From assembly GCA_040954595.2 (NCBI GenBank), contig CM082576.2, positions 12,899,129 through 12,963,128 on the forward strand: a stretch of 64,000 nucleotides of DNA, given 5' to 3'. Source of the stretch: Balanoglossus misakiensis (Eukaryota > Animalia > Hemichordata). Below are positions 1 through 15,500 of this stretch, in pieces (the first letter of the stretch is position 1; every line of letters starts with the position of its first letter). Below the pieces are notes generated by a model. It was not told where the DNA came from, made no database searches, and saw only the letters and a list, made by a program, of their open reading frames with translations. A program made the position numbers and the translations under genes.

Positions 1-3000
1 ATATCAAACAGCTAGGCTTCGTCCGGCTCTATTTCATCAGAGCCCGTATTTCTTTTTATACTTTTTTTTTACCCTGTTGGAATTCTTTCCATGGCAGCTG
101 GGTTTCCGGGAAACAACACGAACTCCGTCTGCTCCACAGAGACTTTCCCGTATTTATGGGAAGATGTGGGAATCTATTCATGAAGCATCAGAAATGTCAC
201 TGAAAGGGCTCCTTTTCTTCCAAAATCTAAAAATAAATCAGGGGGGGGGGGCACTCTGGGGGGCGTATCGCAACAATTGAAGTACGATCATGATAACACA
301 CTGATTTTTCATGAACTATTTTGTAGTAAACACTTTGCAGGTGACACCACTGTTTAGGAATGATTTGGCCCAAATCTCACACACTGAGACATTTTTTCCT
401 CCATGCTGACACAAGACACAGGCAAATCATTGCGATGAAAAAAGCTACCATAGAAAACGCTCTTTTGTACAACTTATGTTGACGTGTCCAAGATATTTAT
501 AAGATACTGTTTCTTTGTCTACCAAACCAGCATACAACCTGGTAACTGTCAAACTTTTCTTCACAAAATCAAACGACGAATCGTCTCAAATGTTCACACT
601 TCTGACTCAGCAGCTCAGCCTAAGAGAAAAAGTACTGAACACACCCTGTCATTCCCATGGTTTGGTCCAAATCCATTATTTTCTACGGTAAAGTTGGACA
701 GGGACATCTAACAAAGGGGTGGAAGAGTTAATAAATTCATTTCCAGTTGGTCACTTCAAGCTGTCACAAGACAGAATCATCAGACAAGAAGCATGAATAG
801 AAAGTATTGAGATCATTATGTTGGTCAGGTTCACACTGAGCTCACCCAGATCCACTCGGAAATTCATAATTTATTCAGAGAGACCCGTGGGAATTTAGGG
901 AAAGAATTACGTGCCGGTGTCTACATGAGTAGAGAAAATGATAAGAGAAACATTTGTAGATGTTTGCTTTTGAGCATTATATGCCATTTAAAAAAACACA
1001 CCCTTGGGTATAGAATGGCTAATAGGTATTGTAATTTTCACTGCAATAAATGTTGTCAATCAGTGGTACCAACATCACTCAGCAAATAAAAATACCAGTA
1101 TTTCTCTGTTCCATAATACTTTTCAGAGTTATTTACCCCGATGCATTGTGGTCCATATCAATACCAAACCACTCAAGAAGTGCTAAAAAAGACTGCAGCA
1201 CTAGCAATAAAGAACCAAATCAGGCTAATGGATTGGCACACCCAGACACTGGACTACAGGAGCGCAGAGGAATGCAAAACAAAAACCGATGAGGGAAAAA
1301 TTGACCTAGATTTCCTACCCGTCTCATAATTGTTTGATGAATTTTGGCAGTTCGTGAATCGATTAACGTGCCATTTTGGCAGTAATTGAATCAGGCACGG
1401 CTCTTTCAGTATAATCATAATCACATCACGTCATGAAAGATTGATTCATCTACATCGCCTACTTAACTCAACCCGGCCTTTTCACCTGGCATTGAATTTG
1501 ACCCACAAAATTGCAAGTAAATGTCACTTGGGTGGAGGCCATAGGAGGTGATCAGGGACGTGCACACAACTGATAGGGCCATAAGGATCCAGCCCGGGGT
1601 TTGAAAATCGCTGCCAAAGATCAGCAAACTGGTTTTATGACAGGCCATTACCGGCCAGAACATGTATCCAAAGCCACATGGTTACAGGAACAAGCACACA
1701 ATCTCTCTCTCGCGCTGCGGCAAAATGTCAAAGTGGCATCTGGTGCAGGTAGATTCTGGGAAACCATCAGCTGCTGCATACATGTCAAATGTATTTGCAA
1801 AGCCTCTGCAGCTTATCGCATTTGGGAAATGAAACAGTTATTCAGGCCACGAATCAAGAGCCACCACAGTATTGTGGAATTCATATAAAAAAAACAATCT
1901 AAATATATACGTGTATTACTTGGGTCAAATAATAACTATATGCATATTCCTGGCATATGCTCCAGTGGGAATTGTCTTTCACAAGCTTTTCCCAATGATG
2001 CATGTATGATTAAGTATTTAATTGTGAGAATAATTTGAACAGAACATGTTCATCTCGCCTTATTCAAATTAAAAAAAAAAATTGTTTAGTCTCAGGAGAC
2101 GGCACACAGCGAAGGATATCAGCCTTAACATGCCATTTACACAGAATATCATGCTAACAGCTGGGTTTTAAGTGAAAATACATGTTTATTACACAATTCC
2201 TTTGATATCAGTTTTCCTACTTGTGGAACAAAGCGAAACCGGTCTCTTGTGGCTGTGTTGCAGTTTTCCCATGATGCACTGCAATATTATAACTTTGAGA
2301 AAGCCCTCAGGAAATTCACACTGTTCGACGCCTAATAATGTTCCCCCATCTCTAATGCTGCATTACCCATTTTCCTATGTATGGGTCCAATGATACGTTT
2401 AAAACAATGGGGCTGGACCAAAATCTGGAGGAGGACAGGGTGTTGCATCACTATACCCCACAATACAGAAGAATGGGACGACATCCTCAGACTTCAAATG
2501 AAGGAAGTTTGCAAGCACCCCAACCTGTTTGTGCGATTGCTCGGTGTATGAATTCAATCAGTGTGTTCTACATGTACACATTGCAATCTCTTTGTCTACA
2601 TTTCAACACGGTAATCTTTGTACTATGTATCAACTACAATCACACTAATCTTTTTATCCAATACAAAATATTCCTATCTGAAATAGCCCTTGATCCTGGC
2701 TACAGTACCGTAACATGCATGATTATCAGCTTCTGGAGTTTAAGCAATCCAGACATTGTTAAGCCTTGTGTCTGCGTCCCATCACAACGGTTCACACATA
2801 ACCCTACTCACACAACTTTTAATTAAAATCAGAAGTCCCGTATGTTTAATCTAAGAATCAAATATCAGCAAATGTATGTAATATTCATGCTTTTATAACA
2901 TGAATAGTACAATGTACATTTACAATGTACATGTAGGTGGGGTTTTAGGTTGTAAAACTTCTTCTGAAATGGAAAACTGTTTCGATCCACTCAGCTTACC

Positions 3001-3120
3001 AGCCTTGCGCTTTTACCTACAGGCTTGGCTGACTGCCACATCACTTATAGAACACATGTACAGATCCAGTAAAAAAAAGTTTTGCAAAAGACACTGGAGC
3101 CATTAAAATCTAAAAGTCCA

Positions 3121-3296
3121 TGAATGAATGAATGAATGAATGAATGAATGAATGAATGAATGAATGAATGAATGAATGAATGAATGAATGAATGAATGAA
3201 TGAGTGAGTGAGTGAGTGAGTGAGTGAGTGAGTGAGTGAGTGAATGAATGAATGAATGAATGAATGAATGAATGAATGAATGAATGAATGAATGAA
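3121..3296. repeat. (TGAA)n/(TGAG)n compound microsatellite
   Basis: Directly visible tetranucleotide array. Confidence 0.97.
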
Positions 3297-5967
3297 ATAC
3301 TGTGGGGGCACATACGTGTATATTTGAAGTTTCAAAAAGTTCTTTCAGTAAAAATGACAATATGCAAATTTCTCGAACTCGGCAGTTTCTTTGATTAATT
3401 TTAATTTTCCTGAGCCCCCGATAGCAGAGAAGTCTTAAAATCTAAAAAGGCATGTCCATAATGGTAAAGAAGGAACTGCAGGCAGAGGCTACTGGCTTTT
3501 TAGGTTTATCTTAAAGTAGAAAGTACCGGTACATTGTAATGCCCACAAGCATAATGCCAGCAGAACTTTCGTCTCCCAATGTGGTCAAAAATGTGTTAGA
3601 AAAATTCCTTTCTGTTGCCACTTGGTGCAGGTATACAGGTAATTATTTCTGTGGATAATACAAGTATTGTTGTGATCTAACCGCATGAAAGAGTCCCTCA
3701 AAGGGAGCGTCAGAAAAAGCAAGCATTCTGATTTAATACCTCTAGTCTGCACACTGTACAAAGTATGTGGATTGCCAACAAAGGCAAAACAATGCAGTAA
3801 CTGAGGACAGAGTGAATGCGACAGAGAAAAGGCAGACAGGACTGTTAAACGGACCAACCACAAACTGCACGTCTCTCCGCCAACAAAAGCGGCTATTGAT
3901 TCCGCGGTGGAAGCTAGTCTGTGTAGAACAAAAGCGACGCAAGTACATCATTGATGACGAGGATTTGGGCAGATCGCATGAATAATGCACACAATGAGAG
4001 ATAATACCCTCAACAGCAGACACATTGTTAAGTTCTCAAAGATGGCAAAGTGGAAACTATTAATAACGGTCTATTCGAGCGGCGGGGGTATTTTCTGTTC
4101 TGAATGGGCATAGATCTCTCTCTCTCTACCTTGTCAGTGTCTGTGGTTTGACTTTTAAACCTATGGTGTCACTGACCAAACCATGAGGCGTATGGATCTG
4201 GGTCGTCCGTCAAGCACAATATTTTAACAACCATATCCAGGCCATCACAATAAAACTTCGTAAAGTTTGCACACTTATTTTTCAAATCTGATTAAATTAA
4301 GCTGACGCACTGTCATTTTTTCATTTAATTTATACAATTTACATTAATTTTTTGAAAGAAAAGAAAATATTATAAGAATCATTATCATATTTTTGAAAAA
4401 GATGATACAGAACAGCTTAGCTTTAGTTTCTTTTGAATTATCGGTAATTTCAAGGGGTAACGCGGCCAATTCTGTGAGATAGATGAGTTTCTGGGAAAAA
4501 TTCACAGCACTGCAAATCGACCATAAGGAAAGCAAAATCACGACTCGGTGATAACAGTTCTATATTTAGATATGAATGCTAGTGAGGAGTAGCCAAGGGA
4601 AGATCAGAAATATTTCTTAGAAATAAATAAGATTAAATACTTTCTACAGCGATGTACCTGATCAGAACAATCAAAATCAAGCATTGCGTCACCAACGCAC
4701 GTCTGCAATGACAAATTGCGAAAACTAGCATCAGCTTTTTTACGAGTAACCATGGTAACAGTCACACCAGGAGTGCATTTTTTTATTACTCACTCCTTTC
4801 CGTGACAGGCTAATCAATAACTTGACAGGAGGAGAAGACAAGAGGGAAAGGGCCATGTAAAACTTCAGAAATAATACTGTACTGGATGTGTATTATGTTG
4901 ATGTGCGACATGCTCATAATGAACAGGATAATCACAATTCCTGTTTCAAAAGAGATCCAGGACACCTCTTGGAGACCCTGGTTATTCTGATGATATGTAA
5001 TATAGATTGATATCGTCCTGAGCCACATTCAAAATCTGCCACCAAACCATTTTTTTCCGAGGTCATTTCGATGGTAAAACTTAAAGTTTATTCACAGAAA
5101 CAACTGAATGTCCCTGACCAGAATGAATGTCATTTTTAATGATCCGTGGTAAGCAAACAAAAGTTCGACATGACAAATTTGTTTTGTGTTTCTTGTTTGC
5201 GAATAGATGGTATAGTTGCAAGAACAAAGGATGTTGCTAAGTGCTTTCTTTTTATCTGGTAACACAATTACTGAACTATAACAGATGATGGCAAATGTAT
5301 TACAACATTTTTTTTGATGTATTAACCCAATGAAATTTTATTGGTCGTAAAAATCAACTTTAAAGAATCTGTTCCGCCATTACCTTCACTCCAAACAAAA
5401 ATCATTTCCACAATGCAACCAACATCTTGAAATTGTGTCGACCATATGAGATGAGATTTTCATCACTCACCTAGATAGCAAAAACCTATTTGAGGTGTCT
5501 TGATACGAGTGGCGAAGGACAGGTCTCATCGAAACTGTGAAATCAACCTACTCCATAGCAAGGGTAATTCATTGCTCTTAGAGTTCACGCACCAAAATAG
5601 GGGCGCATCCATCATATATTAAATACATATTTAATTATTATATGTAGGAAACTAGGGCAAAGACAAAGCTGTCAGTATGATTTTCGGCAACACAATGGGG
5701 CCATCAAACTTGTCACACTCTAAAACAGATTACTTGACACCAGAAAAAGGAACAAACGTCAGAAAATCGACCAGCGATACGTGTATGCTTTTGCACAATA
5801 CATGTAATACTGTGCGTTATTAAACCCCTCCTTTGTGTACATACACACTTTATTGAGCTGTTTAATCAAATTCTCTCCTTATTCATTCTCTGATCACACG
5901 CAGATTAAACTGGTTTTTATTGTTTTCCAGAGACCCTGACCTATCACGACACAGAGTTTGATATTAA

Positions 5968-6207
5968 AGGGGCAAAGCTTGTGAGTTCTGGACATTTTTT
6001 TTAGTTTCTTTTCAGAGGTTCTGGATGTTCCTCTGCTCAATAAATTTTGGGTCAGTACCAAAAATTATAACATTCTCATTTTATACCATTATATTCATTA
6101 TGCAAGAATTGAGCTGTATACACCGGTCATGTTCAACGATAATAATTGATCAAAAGAAACTAATAAAAATAATCAGAATAATGTTAAAAGTTAGTGACAT
6201 TGTCCCT
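5968..6207. mobile_element. Candidate TTAA-flanked MITE (AGGG...CCCT ends)
   Basis: TTAA|AGGGGCAAAG ... CATTGTCCCT|TTAA. Imperfect 10-bp TIRs, of the same end type as the elements at 59426 and 61897. Confidence 0.5.
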
Positions 6208-6755
6208 TTAAAACCACCACGACGCTATTCACCAATGCTGAACGTCAACACAATTTCAGGCCACTTCCTCTGTCAGAAGTTTACGTATCTATCGATAACA
6301 GCAAGCGTTCTACGTGAAGGTAATTGCGACACAAATTCCCCCTTGGACTGACAAAAGGAATTTGCTATGCTGTAAATAGTTTTTTTGTGAGAGAAATAAG
6401 GCTATTTGTGAAAATGATAAAAATAGATATGAACAGTTGCAGCTGGTGATTTACTGCGTGACAGCTCGCATGAATTTCTGGCCGAGTCATCGTTGACACA
6501 AAGCGCTGACAATATGAGATGTTTGACAGTATCGTGCGGAGGGATTGTGAATATAATTGAACGACCTTGGAAAGCCGGAAGAGCAGGAGAAGTGACGTCA
6601 GAAAACATGAGACAATGCAAAATGCATAAACAAACAAACAACATACGGTACATGTCTGTACATATTCTAGTGAACAGAACACAGTCCTATTGTATCATAT
6701 ACATTTGTATATTGTAGCTATCCAATTACAACTCCCATCCCATCCTCTTATTTAA

Positions 6756-6840
6756 CCCTTTCACCCCCACTTCCCTCCACAGAGGTCCAAACTGAGCATG
6801 GAAAACAATGGATTTGGGCCAAACCATGGCGGTGAAAGGG
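6756..6840. mobile_element. 85-bp TTAA-flanked mini-MITE (CCCTTTCACC TIR, piggyBac-like ends)
   Basis: TTAA|CCCTTTCACC...GGTGAAAGGG|TTAA. Related copies at 9202-9286, ~43364-43446, ~53004-53092 and ~644-731. Confidence 0.85.
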
Positions 6841-7183
6841 TTAATTTTTGTATGATCAGTCCTGCATTACACCGTATCAAATCAGTTACCCATAACAATA
6901 TCACCTCATATCTGGGTCATATCATAAAAATGTGAAACAGAAGGACTCACGGTCTTTCTGATTTTACGCACAGTGCCAACCTTGTAAAAATGTTTACAAA
7001 TGTTTGCAAGGAAATATGCATGGGAACTATAAATATGGTTTTGGTGGTAGAGCTAGTAGTGTGTATAGGGTGTACATGTATCGTCCAGAGGTCAGTATTG
7101 GAATTCAGAAACAAATGGTCAAATAGTTCAGCATCAGAGAATGCGCTCTAGACTACTAGTATACAGTCGTAACACACGAGATT

Positions 7184-7389
7184 CTGTAAAACACTTTATT
7201 TTTGCGAGCTGAAATTTTCGCGATATCGAGAGAGGCCACTGTTTCGCCAGTATTAATTTTCGCGTTCTCTTATTTCATTCACTGCATCGTTATCTTTAAA
7301 AAAATTATGCGACTTTTTATTTTCACGCTATTGTGGCTCTCGCGTATTTCGCGAACATTTATTGCTCGCGAAAATAAAGTGTTTTACAG
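7184..7389. mobile_element. MITE with ~26-bp TIRs (CTGTAAAACACTTTATTTT...), Tc1/mariner-type ends
   Basis: CTGTAAAACACTTTATTTTTGCGAGC ... GCTCGCGAAAATAAAGTGTTTTACAG|TA. Confidence 0.75.
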
Positions 7390-7512
7390 TATCCTATATT
7401 GTATATGCATTCTTATGCTGAATTGAGGTAAAAAGAAGAATAAATAAACATTTGACATTTCCATGCCAACGGGACAATTTCTTGATGGGCCAAAAGAAGA
7501 GAGAGCTCTTAC

Positions 7513-9501
7513 CTGGAGTGAAAACGATAAATCTAACTCTGTGTCCAACACTCCTCCCTGTGGTATAAAAATTTCATTGGATCGCAGTGTTCTCTTCATG
7601 CTCTGTGAAGGGAGAGAACAGATACAAGTAGAAATGCAGCATTAGCATCAATTCGCTTTGGCGGGTATGGAAAACCTAATTTTTCACATTTTAGACGACA
7701 ACAGACGACTTCTGCACACTTCTTGCTATATGCGTGATGTTCAGTGTCAGCCTGTATTTGTCATACTTAATACTATGTATGTTGTGAAGTGCTACAGAAG
7801 ACAAAAATTCATGTGCAAGTTTGCCAAGAATCACACCAGTAAAAAACTACACCTGTCAAAGTAAGATATTTTATTGACAAACGAAAAATTCGTATATAAC
7901 ATTGTCATTGTAAATGAAGCTATTTTTTGAATATGAAATATGAATATTCCTGAACAACACACACACACATGAAACATAATCTTGCTGTTTCCCCACTGTG
8001 CACACAATCCCTTCTACAGCAATCAAGAGTATCGGCTCCTGTATGGACAGGCGGGCAGCAGGTTCACATCAATGAATACGACACACAGCTGCTGTTTTAT
8101 GTGTTTGATATTACGCTTATTACGACAAAAGGCAGGCTACATAAGAAGGAATTATCACCGAACTGGACACACAAAGCTGTATCTTTCTGTGAAAGCAGGT
8201 GCCACTTGACTTTTCAGTACTTCATTCAAACTAGGTTACGCTGAAAACCGTGTCACGATTTAAAAATAACATCCAGTACCAGGAAAATACAGAAATGTGC
8301 CTAAAATATACGATGGTAGTTGTTGCGTAAAGAAGTCGTGCTTTGATTAATCCACTTAACCTGCACATTGTACGAATTTATGAGATGACATTCAGGAGGA
8401 AGAGTGTCAGCGGGAGCCAAAGCACATAGGTGTGAGTACCCCTGTAAACTGGAACTCAATTCTCTGAAACCGAGCTCATTGTAAAAAGTGTATTCAGGTA
8501 GCATGCATTTTTCCTGATTACCATCCCAATTAATCAATTGCCCACTTCTCCTTTGAACAAAAAATGGGAAGCTGTGGTGGTTTTATGGGAGATCTCAGAC
8601 AGAACATACTTCCTTATGAGTCTGCCTTGCCTACATGTACTGAGGCTGACGTGTTTGGAGCGACCGTGGGTTGACGGAAAAGAACGCAACCTCTCCTGCG
8701 ATGATAACCGTGAAAATATCCCCGCGGACATTTGTGTCTTTCAATTTGCGGTTCACCGCATCAGTAGCCATCCATCCTGCTCTTCGCAGGTTTTCGATAC
8801 ACTTTCAAAAAGGCCATGTATCAAAATCAAAGGATCATCTATCGAATCGTATTTCTAATATTTATATGGACGCAAACGCATCTGTCATCCACAGTCAAGC
8901 ATTCTAAGTGCCTGCTATCAGGCTATAATGGTCCCTGTCAATAAATTCAACCCACGTAGGAAGTAGCGTTGCACTGAAATGGCAGCAGGGGAAAATAAAG
9001 ACATTATGATGATTGTAAGTCTCCCTACGGTCACTAGTAATGACATCTGATATGATCTCTTACTCTTACCATTCCATTTTGATGGACAAAGTATTTTTAG
9101 TACATCCTGGAAATGCATATCAATCAACATTACATGACAAATATGATACAGGAAATCAGCCAACTTCATTTCTGAATTGCCTCGGGACCAGCTGTATTTA
9201 ACCCTTTCACCACAATGGTTCAGTCCAATCCCATTGTTCTCTATGGTAAGGTTGGACCACTACAGAGGGAACTGGGGGTGAACGGGTTAATGACCTGTGG
9301 ATGATAGGCCAGTGATTTGGTTAAGATTACAAGAGATTTGGCAATGCTAGAGAAACAGCACACAACACACACGTTATGTACATGTATGCCAAGATTCACA
9401 CAATTTATTTTATTCATACATGTACACGTCTGGTACATCACGAATCCATCTTCAGAACTGAGCCTCCCATCCACTATAACTGTCAATCAACCCCCCCCCC
9501 C

Positions 9502-9533
<32 letters not shown>

Positions 9534-12500
9534 AGTGATCAAACGACTCCTCAAATCCTGCACGAACTGTAATAATAGAGGTTGTGAGTCACACACAGGA
9601 TGTTGCTTGGATGCAACCTACTGGAAATGACACACTTGATGCTGACAATGACAGGTTTGTTTCACCACTCAGCTATTTATAGGCCACAATGGCACAAAAA
9701 CACATACAGCTGATACCTAAAAGTCATCAACATCAAAACAATAATTATTTATTCCACAAACAGTAATCAATATCCTGTTTATCTCACCATTAGAGTGAAA
9801 AGTTTTTGATTTTTAGAAAAGATTTTTAAAGCCGGAAATAACATTTAGCTCTATCACACATATTCATACTTGGTCTGACTTATAATTTTGGTCTTATAAT
9901 CTGAGGCATATTTATTTACAACCAGGCAATGGAAATGAGCAAAAACAGGTACACCAAGAAGCCTGAGTGTGAGATGTAGGGTTGTACATGTACCATCCCA
10001 CACATCACATGCATCCTGTATGACCACAAAATTATTTAACTGGAACAACCTATGCAAAATTTGAGGTTTGATTGGCATGTTCCACACAACCTGACCGTAA
10101 AACATTTACCCTTTCATAATTCAATCCCGGCAAGTTGAAAAAGGTTAAACTGGGTTATAAAAGAAGGCTGCAACCTCCCTTCACCGCACTGACAACAGCA
10201 AATGGCATTCGCTTTTGTGATTTAATGGGGAACCTCGTGCTCGGCGGAAGTTCATCACAGCGTAACAGGGACAGCCCACCTGGAAAATGTAAACACTATT
10301 CTCCAGCTGGCCTTTTGGGTTGACTGCCACAGGTTCACCAAGGCCTAGAAATCTGTCAAAATTTACACTCCAGATTTCATGGTGAAAACCTCTGAGGACA
10401 CACACAGCCGTGTTTAGAAACAGACAAAACCTAGTCCAGAGAGTCCACTTATCATTGCGTGATGGTGTTGCCGCCGCCAACAAAAACAAAGATAAAGAGT
10501 TTCATATCTTGTTTATAAACAAAAAAACACCTGACCAGAAGGTCAGTGACACCGACTGACCTCACCCATACAAGCCTCCCATCAGCATGCAGTCACCGTG
10601 TTTATCTGGCCTGACACTGACTTGAACCCAAAACAACCTTGCCGAGGTAAAACTATCCCAACAGAACAAACCAAGGCACTGTGTATATCCCCTGCTGTCT
10701 GTACAAACAGTCCTGCTGCTTTTAAGACCAACCGACCTTCAAACAGACATGGAAACCATGCATACAATGCATACATACTGTAGCCTGCAGGCGTACAATT
10801 GATGAAACAGCAATGAGCATATCTAAGGGATCATTACGACACAGTCCGTATTAATTTTTGAAAAATGAAACAGCTGTGGTATATTGCAATTGTGTCGGCA
10901 TACTGGACACATCAAAGCCAATGTCACATATTATCAACAGAAAGGATTTATCAGAATTTCTGAACAAGGCTGCCGGCAATCAATTCACTGTCGAAAGATT
11001 CTCGTCTATTACATGTATGTACATATCTGCACAATATAAATAAATTAAAACCTGCAGACACTCCAATATATGAGATCTTGGGCCAGGCAGGCCCTCCAGA
11101 GGAATATGATTCATAAACGGGTACATGTTCAAACACTGGAAACAGTGCACTGTGCACCGAAAGCTGGACCGTCAATCTCCAACCAGCAACAACCACATGA
11201 TATCCTGTTTACAATAAGCTTTATTTACCAACTTTTACTTGATTGACATCTACGGTACATGAAAAAAAATTGTGTTTCAGCCACAGCCAGTTCTCTCAGA
11301 GAAACTGTATTCTACTAATGAAAACATGCTCGGAATTCTGAACAAGACATCAAAACTGTTTACATACACTCCCTGGATTTTTTCTGCCTCTTGTGCATCA
11401 CATTTGAGCAGATACATGGAAATGCCATTGACTGAGTATCCTTGTGCTATCCACTCTATCTACAAGGACATCTAAGTCACTGATAAGACTTTTTTTAACA
11501 TCATTTACATGTGGACGACTATCCATTCTTCAGTAATTTATTCCATTTGGCTAAAAGCACTGAAAATACGTATAGTAAAATCAACACAGTCCACTATCTA
11601 TATAAAGTAGGGAGGTTGGCAAGCTAGCATATCAAGAACTGACTGAGCAATATACATGTAATTAAACTTTCATAAAATAAAAATCTATGATACACTGGCA
11701 TCTGCATGATATCAATCACTGAAGCAGTGAATATGTGAATATTAAAGTATAAACATAATGATTTCTCATCTTCACAAGCCCATAATAAGCCAGGAATGAC
11801 TCAAAATTGATGGGATACAATCTGTGCCTGCATGACCCTTCATGCAAATTCTCAATTCTTCACCAGACCAGAAAACTCGTATGTACACAGAAACTAACTG
11901 CAAGGCAGACAGTAGGCTCTGCAGTCAATTCAAAAGTTAATTCGCCAGGGATTAACGGTTATTGCAAATTAACTTCCATGGATCTCCAGCAGGCACGGTG
12001 TTCCAGTTTCCATTGTAAAACAATCTCCACAAAATTCTAGCCAGGCTGCGGCTAACACGCACAAACAAAGTGTCATGTATTTTTCCTCTTGACAAATTCA
12101 CAGCGGGCGATGTAACTTTACATACTTACATCGGCAATTAGAATCTTTTGCAGGACTACTCTATGTGTCATAAACAGGCAAGAGAAAATGGACCAGTGCA
12201 TCCCCAATAACTACCAATTACATCCCAATAAAATAAGAGAAATATACTACATTATACATAGACATGTAAATGCATCTCCTGACATTGAAAACAAAATAAT
12301 GTCCGTACCACCACAAGAACAATATTCCTCTATATCATTATCACCTACATTTACTACTTTCACAAAACAAGGTGACCCGATTTGACTCTCACACCCCATC
12401 AGTTTTTCGTAATCATGCACAGGCACTTAGAGTCAGACCGGAGTAAATTTTAATCCATCCATTTGGCCATCCATTAATTCAACCCTTTACCCCAATAAAA

Positions 12501-15500
12501 TGTTGTTTAAAAAACATGTACGTGACTCAGCGTGTCGTTTAATACAATACAGTTAATCTGCCCATGAGGTGATCGGAAGATGACTGACATATTACCATGA
12601 CCTGAGCAAAGATATAATCATAACATTCACACAGGCAGTAACCACACACAGTGGCAGTCCTCTTGGCTTCCACCTATTGTGCGCATCGTTTTCCTTTTAG
12701 AGTTGTCATGGAAACTAACTCGCCACTGTGGGAATCTCGTAATTTGATCAGCGAGAAGCCAATAGAGTCAGTGTGAGTTGTATGAAATGTTGACAATACG
12801 TGATTTGTGTCGTATCTGATCGTCTCACTCCAAGATAACTGTGTGCATTGGTGTTAGTCACACGGTGAAACACACAGCATATCGGTTTTAAAAAAAACAG
12901 TGGCGTGATTTGATGCATAGTTCTCGGCATTTGTAACATTTTTTTCTCATTGTTGTACACTTTGAGGTGCCATCTATGTAGCCTGGCCCCAGACCAGTGT
13001 GTTTTAGATACATAGACATTCTAGAATTTCTATATATCTAAAACACACTGGTCTGGGGCCAGGCTACCATCTATGCCAAGACACACTGACTCACAGGTGG
13101 GTTTTGATCTAAGTAAGCCTGATTTACAAGAAAGAAAGCAAGAAAAACATGCTGTACGTAATGAAGCCCACAAGACCCACTTTTGTTGGCATTCCTTTCA
13201 CAGTACCTCGGGTGGTTTTTTTAAAATGTTTTTTACGTTAACTAATTCAGAATACCTGCGTCTGCCTGCCTGCCTGCCTGGACACTCGTCTGGGTGATTT
13301 CAACGTCTCCTTGGCTGCAACAACAGCTACCGGTACTCCCCAAGCAACAACACAGCCCCCCAAAGCTCACCTGCATTTTGACTGCAATCACCACTGAACT
13401 CAGGTCGCTCTCCAGCGGCTTCAACACTATAAGTCTGGTAAGCCGCAAACTGCATAACCTGAAACAGAGATCAGAGGGAAAACATTTTTACGAAGGTCGG
13501 CGATCAGACTGAGTTTCATTGTCAATATCGAACAAACGACACTGACCAAACATATACCCACTCAGGATATTAAACTCCTGGCTGTAGAGATGACGTGAAT
13601 GTCATTCCCAGTCATTAATAAAGAAACGACAAAATCAAAGGAACTCAACAACTAAAAACACTAACTCCATCATGCTGCTCATTATCTTGCGTGTCTAAGT
13701 CTACCAGAAGAGCTTCTGCTATCACTCCATCACACAATACTTCTGAACATCAACAGATACTAAACAGCAGAGGATCTCTCTGTGTGTGTACACTGTTTAT
13801 CTATTCCAGTCATCTCCAGAAATGACAGACGCACAACCTCTGTACACTTAATAGTATTGACTCAAATCAAGGACAGTGGACACTGTAAATGTTTGAAAGG
13901 AAACTGGTTGACAAAAACATGCCAGTGGGAGCCAAAAGATGGTCCGCTGCTCTTTCGTGTGCGTTTAGTATTTCCTCCACAAACAGCTTCACAGTATTTA
14001 ATAACTGTTTGCGGACAATTGTGTTACAGCGGGATATTGATTAATATGCTCTTCCACATATACACACACACAATTGGCCGATCTTGCGAGACTTGGCAAG
14101 GCTGTGTGCACACTACCTGACTTCTGCATACCAATGCTGTCAACGCAGATGCACTAATTCACTCATCTCATACGCACACAGCATAAATTACCATCAGCTG
14201 ATCTCAACACACAGTGGCACATGATTCAAATCATGTGACTCGTGCAAAGATCCGCATTAAGACTTGTTATGGCTGAATTTGAATTGATTGCTTGGAAGGC
14301 GTGAATGAGAGCATAATTATTTTGTCCCAATTTCTGTTTTGATTAGGCAGATGATAACTAATTGGCCTTGACCTTGGCAGAAAGAAGATTTAAGTCTTTG
14401 TTTGCTCTAATATGATTTATATACAACTGAACATGTCAGTTTGGCCTACTGAAATGGATATTATTAAAATGTCCCCAGATACCAAAAATGTGCAATACTT
14501 ATACGAAAACTTGCAGCAGTGTACCGTCCATCATGGCCATTTCTAGTGGCAATGTAATATTTCACTTTGGTAATTTCACCGGTAAAAATAAAAATGCAGT
14601 GCCCATTCATACACGCACTGCGGCGTTATTGGAAAGTTGGCAATTTGGGACCAACCTATATAAAAACATGGATTACATTCAGAAATTGACCTCATTCAGT
14701 ATGCACCGCCTCCGGGTTTCGTGTATGCACCGTGAGTATTAACGCAGAATTGAGCTGAGCATTACTAAGCAGAGAGCATCGAAACTGGCAGACACACACA
14801 GCATACAGAGGTGAGCGAAATGAATCATTAATGCGCGATTGCCTGAATGAATGAACGAATGAATGGGGGCAGGTTGGAGGGGCGGTATACAAGCATGAGT
14901 CATACCAGACGGACCATTTTTTGTTGTGCAGTGCTTTCTGTCAAACTATTAAAGAAACAATATAGCAACCAAAGGCTTTTATCCGGCTGCTGACAAGTGC
15001 CTGTTAAAATTTAGGCAACACTGAGGGATGGGACCCCTGGGGGATTGATGATGTTTTGCTGTGATTTATTGCCTGTGTTGAAGAAAACAACACACACAAA
15101 TAACACTCTTCTTCCTCTTCCTATTTCTCTTAGTGCAATCACCGGATTTCAAGTCAGGTAATCCACTATGTCCACAGATAATTCAAGGTTGCAATGTACA
15201 TGGGTGACATAAATTAACAGTTGCACCATACATTAAGGTTTCAGGTCGTTTTATTATTGAGAAAAAACACACATTGTCATATATCATCATATATGTGGTG
15301 TAGTGAGGGTCTGTGAACAGAACGCTGAGCGTGAAACAACCCTGTATATTCAACTGTAACAGCATGAAACTAGGCCGATCAAAGGTAATAATAACACACC
15401 GTCGCCGTTTTCCGCAATTCGTGTGTTGGTGATACACCGGTCAAATAATAACAGTTTCTCAAACGGGCATGTTCCTTTGTTTACCCCGCCCCACCCGAGT

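Noticed and set aside
3045-3360. IHSF-repeat ORFs (also 17588-17942 and 49781-50017)
   Set aside because: Translations of TTCA/TGAA microsatellites.
5471-8731. Possible alternative PACS exons (5534-5471 and 8731-8610, minus strand, each ending at a GT donor)
   Set aside because: Their Met-initiated frames end in phase 2, whereas the neighbouring PACS junctions are phase 0, and they show no PACS similarity. They cannot be supported without transcripts.
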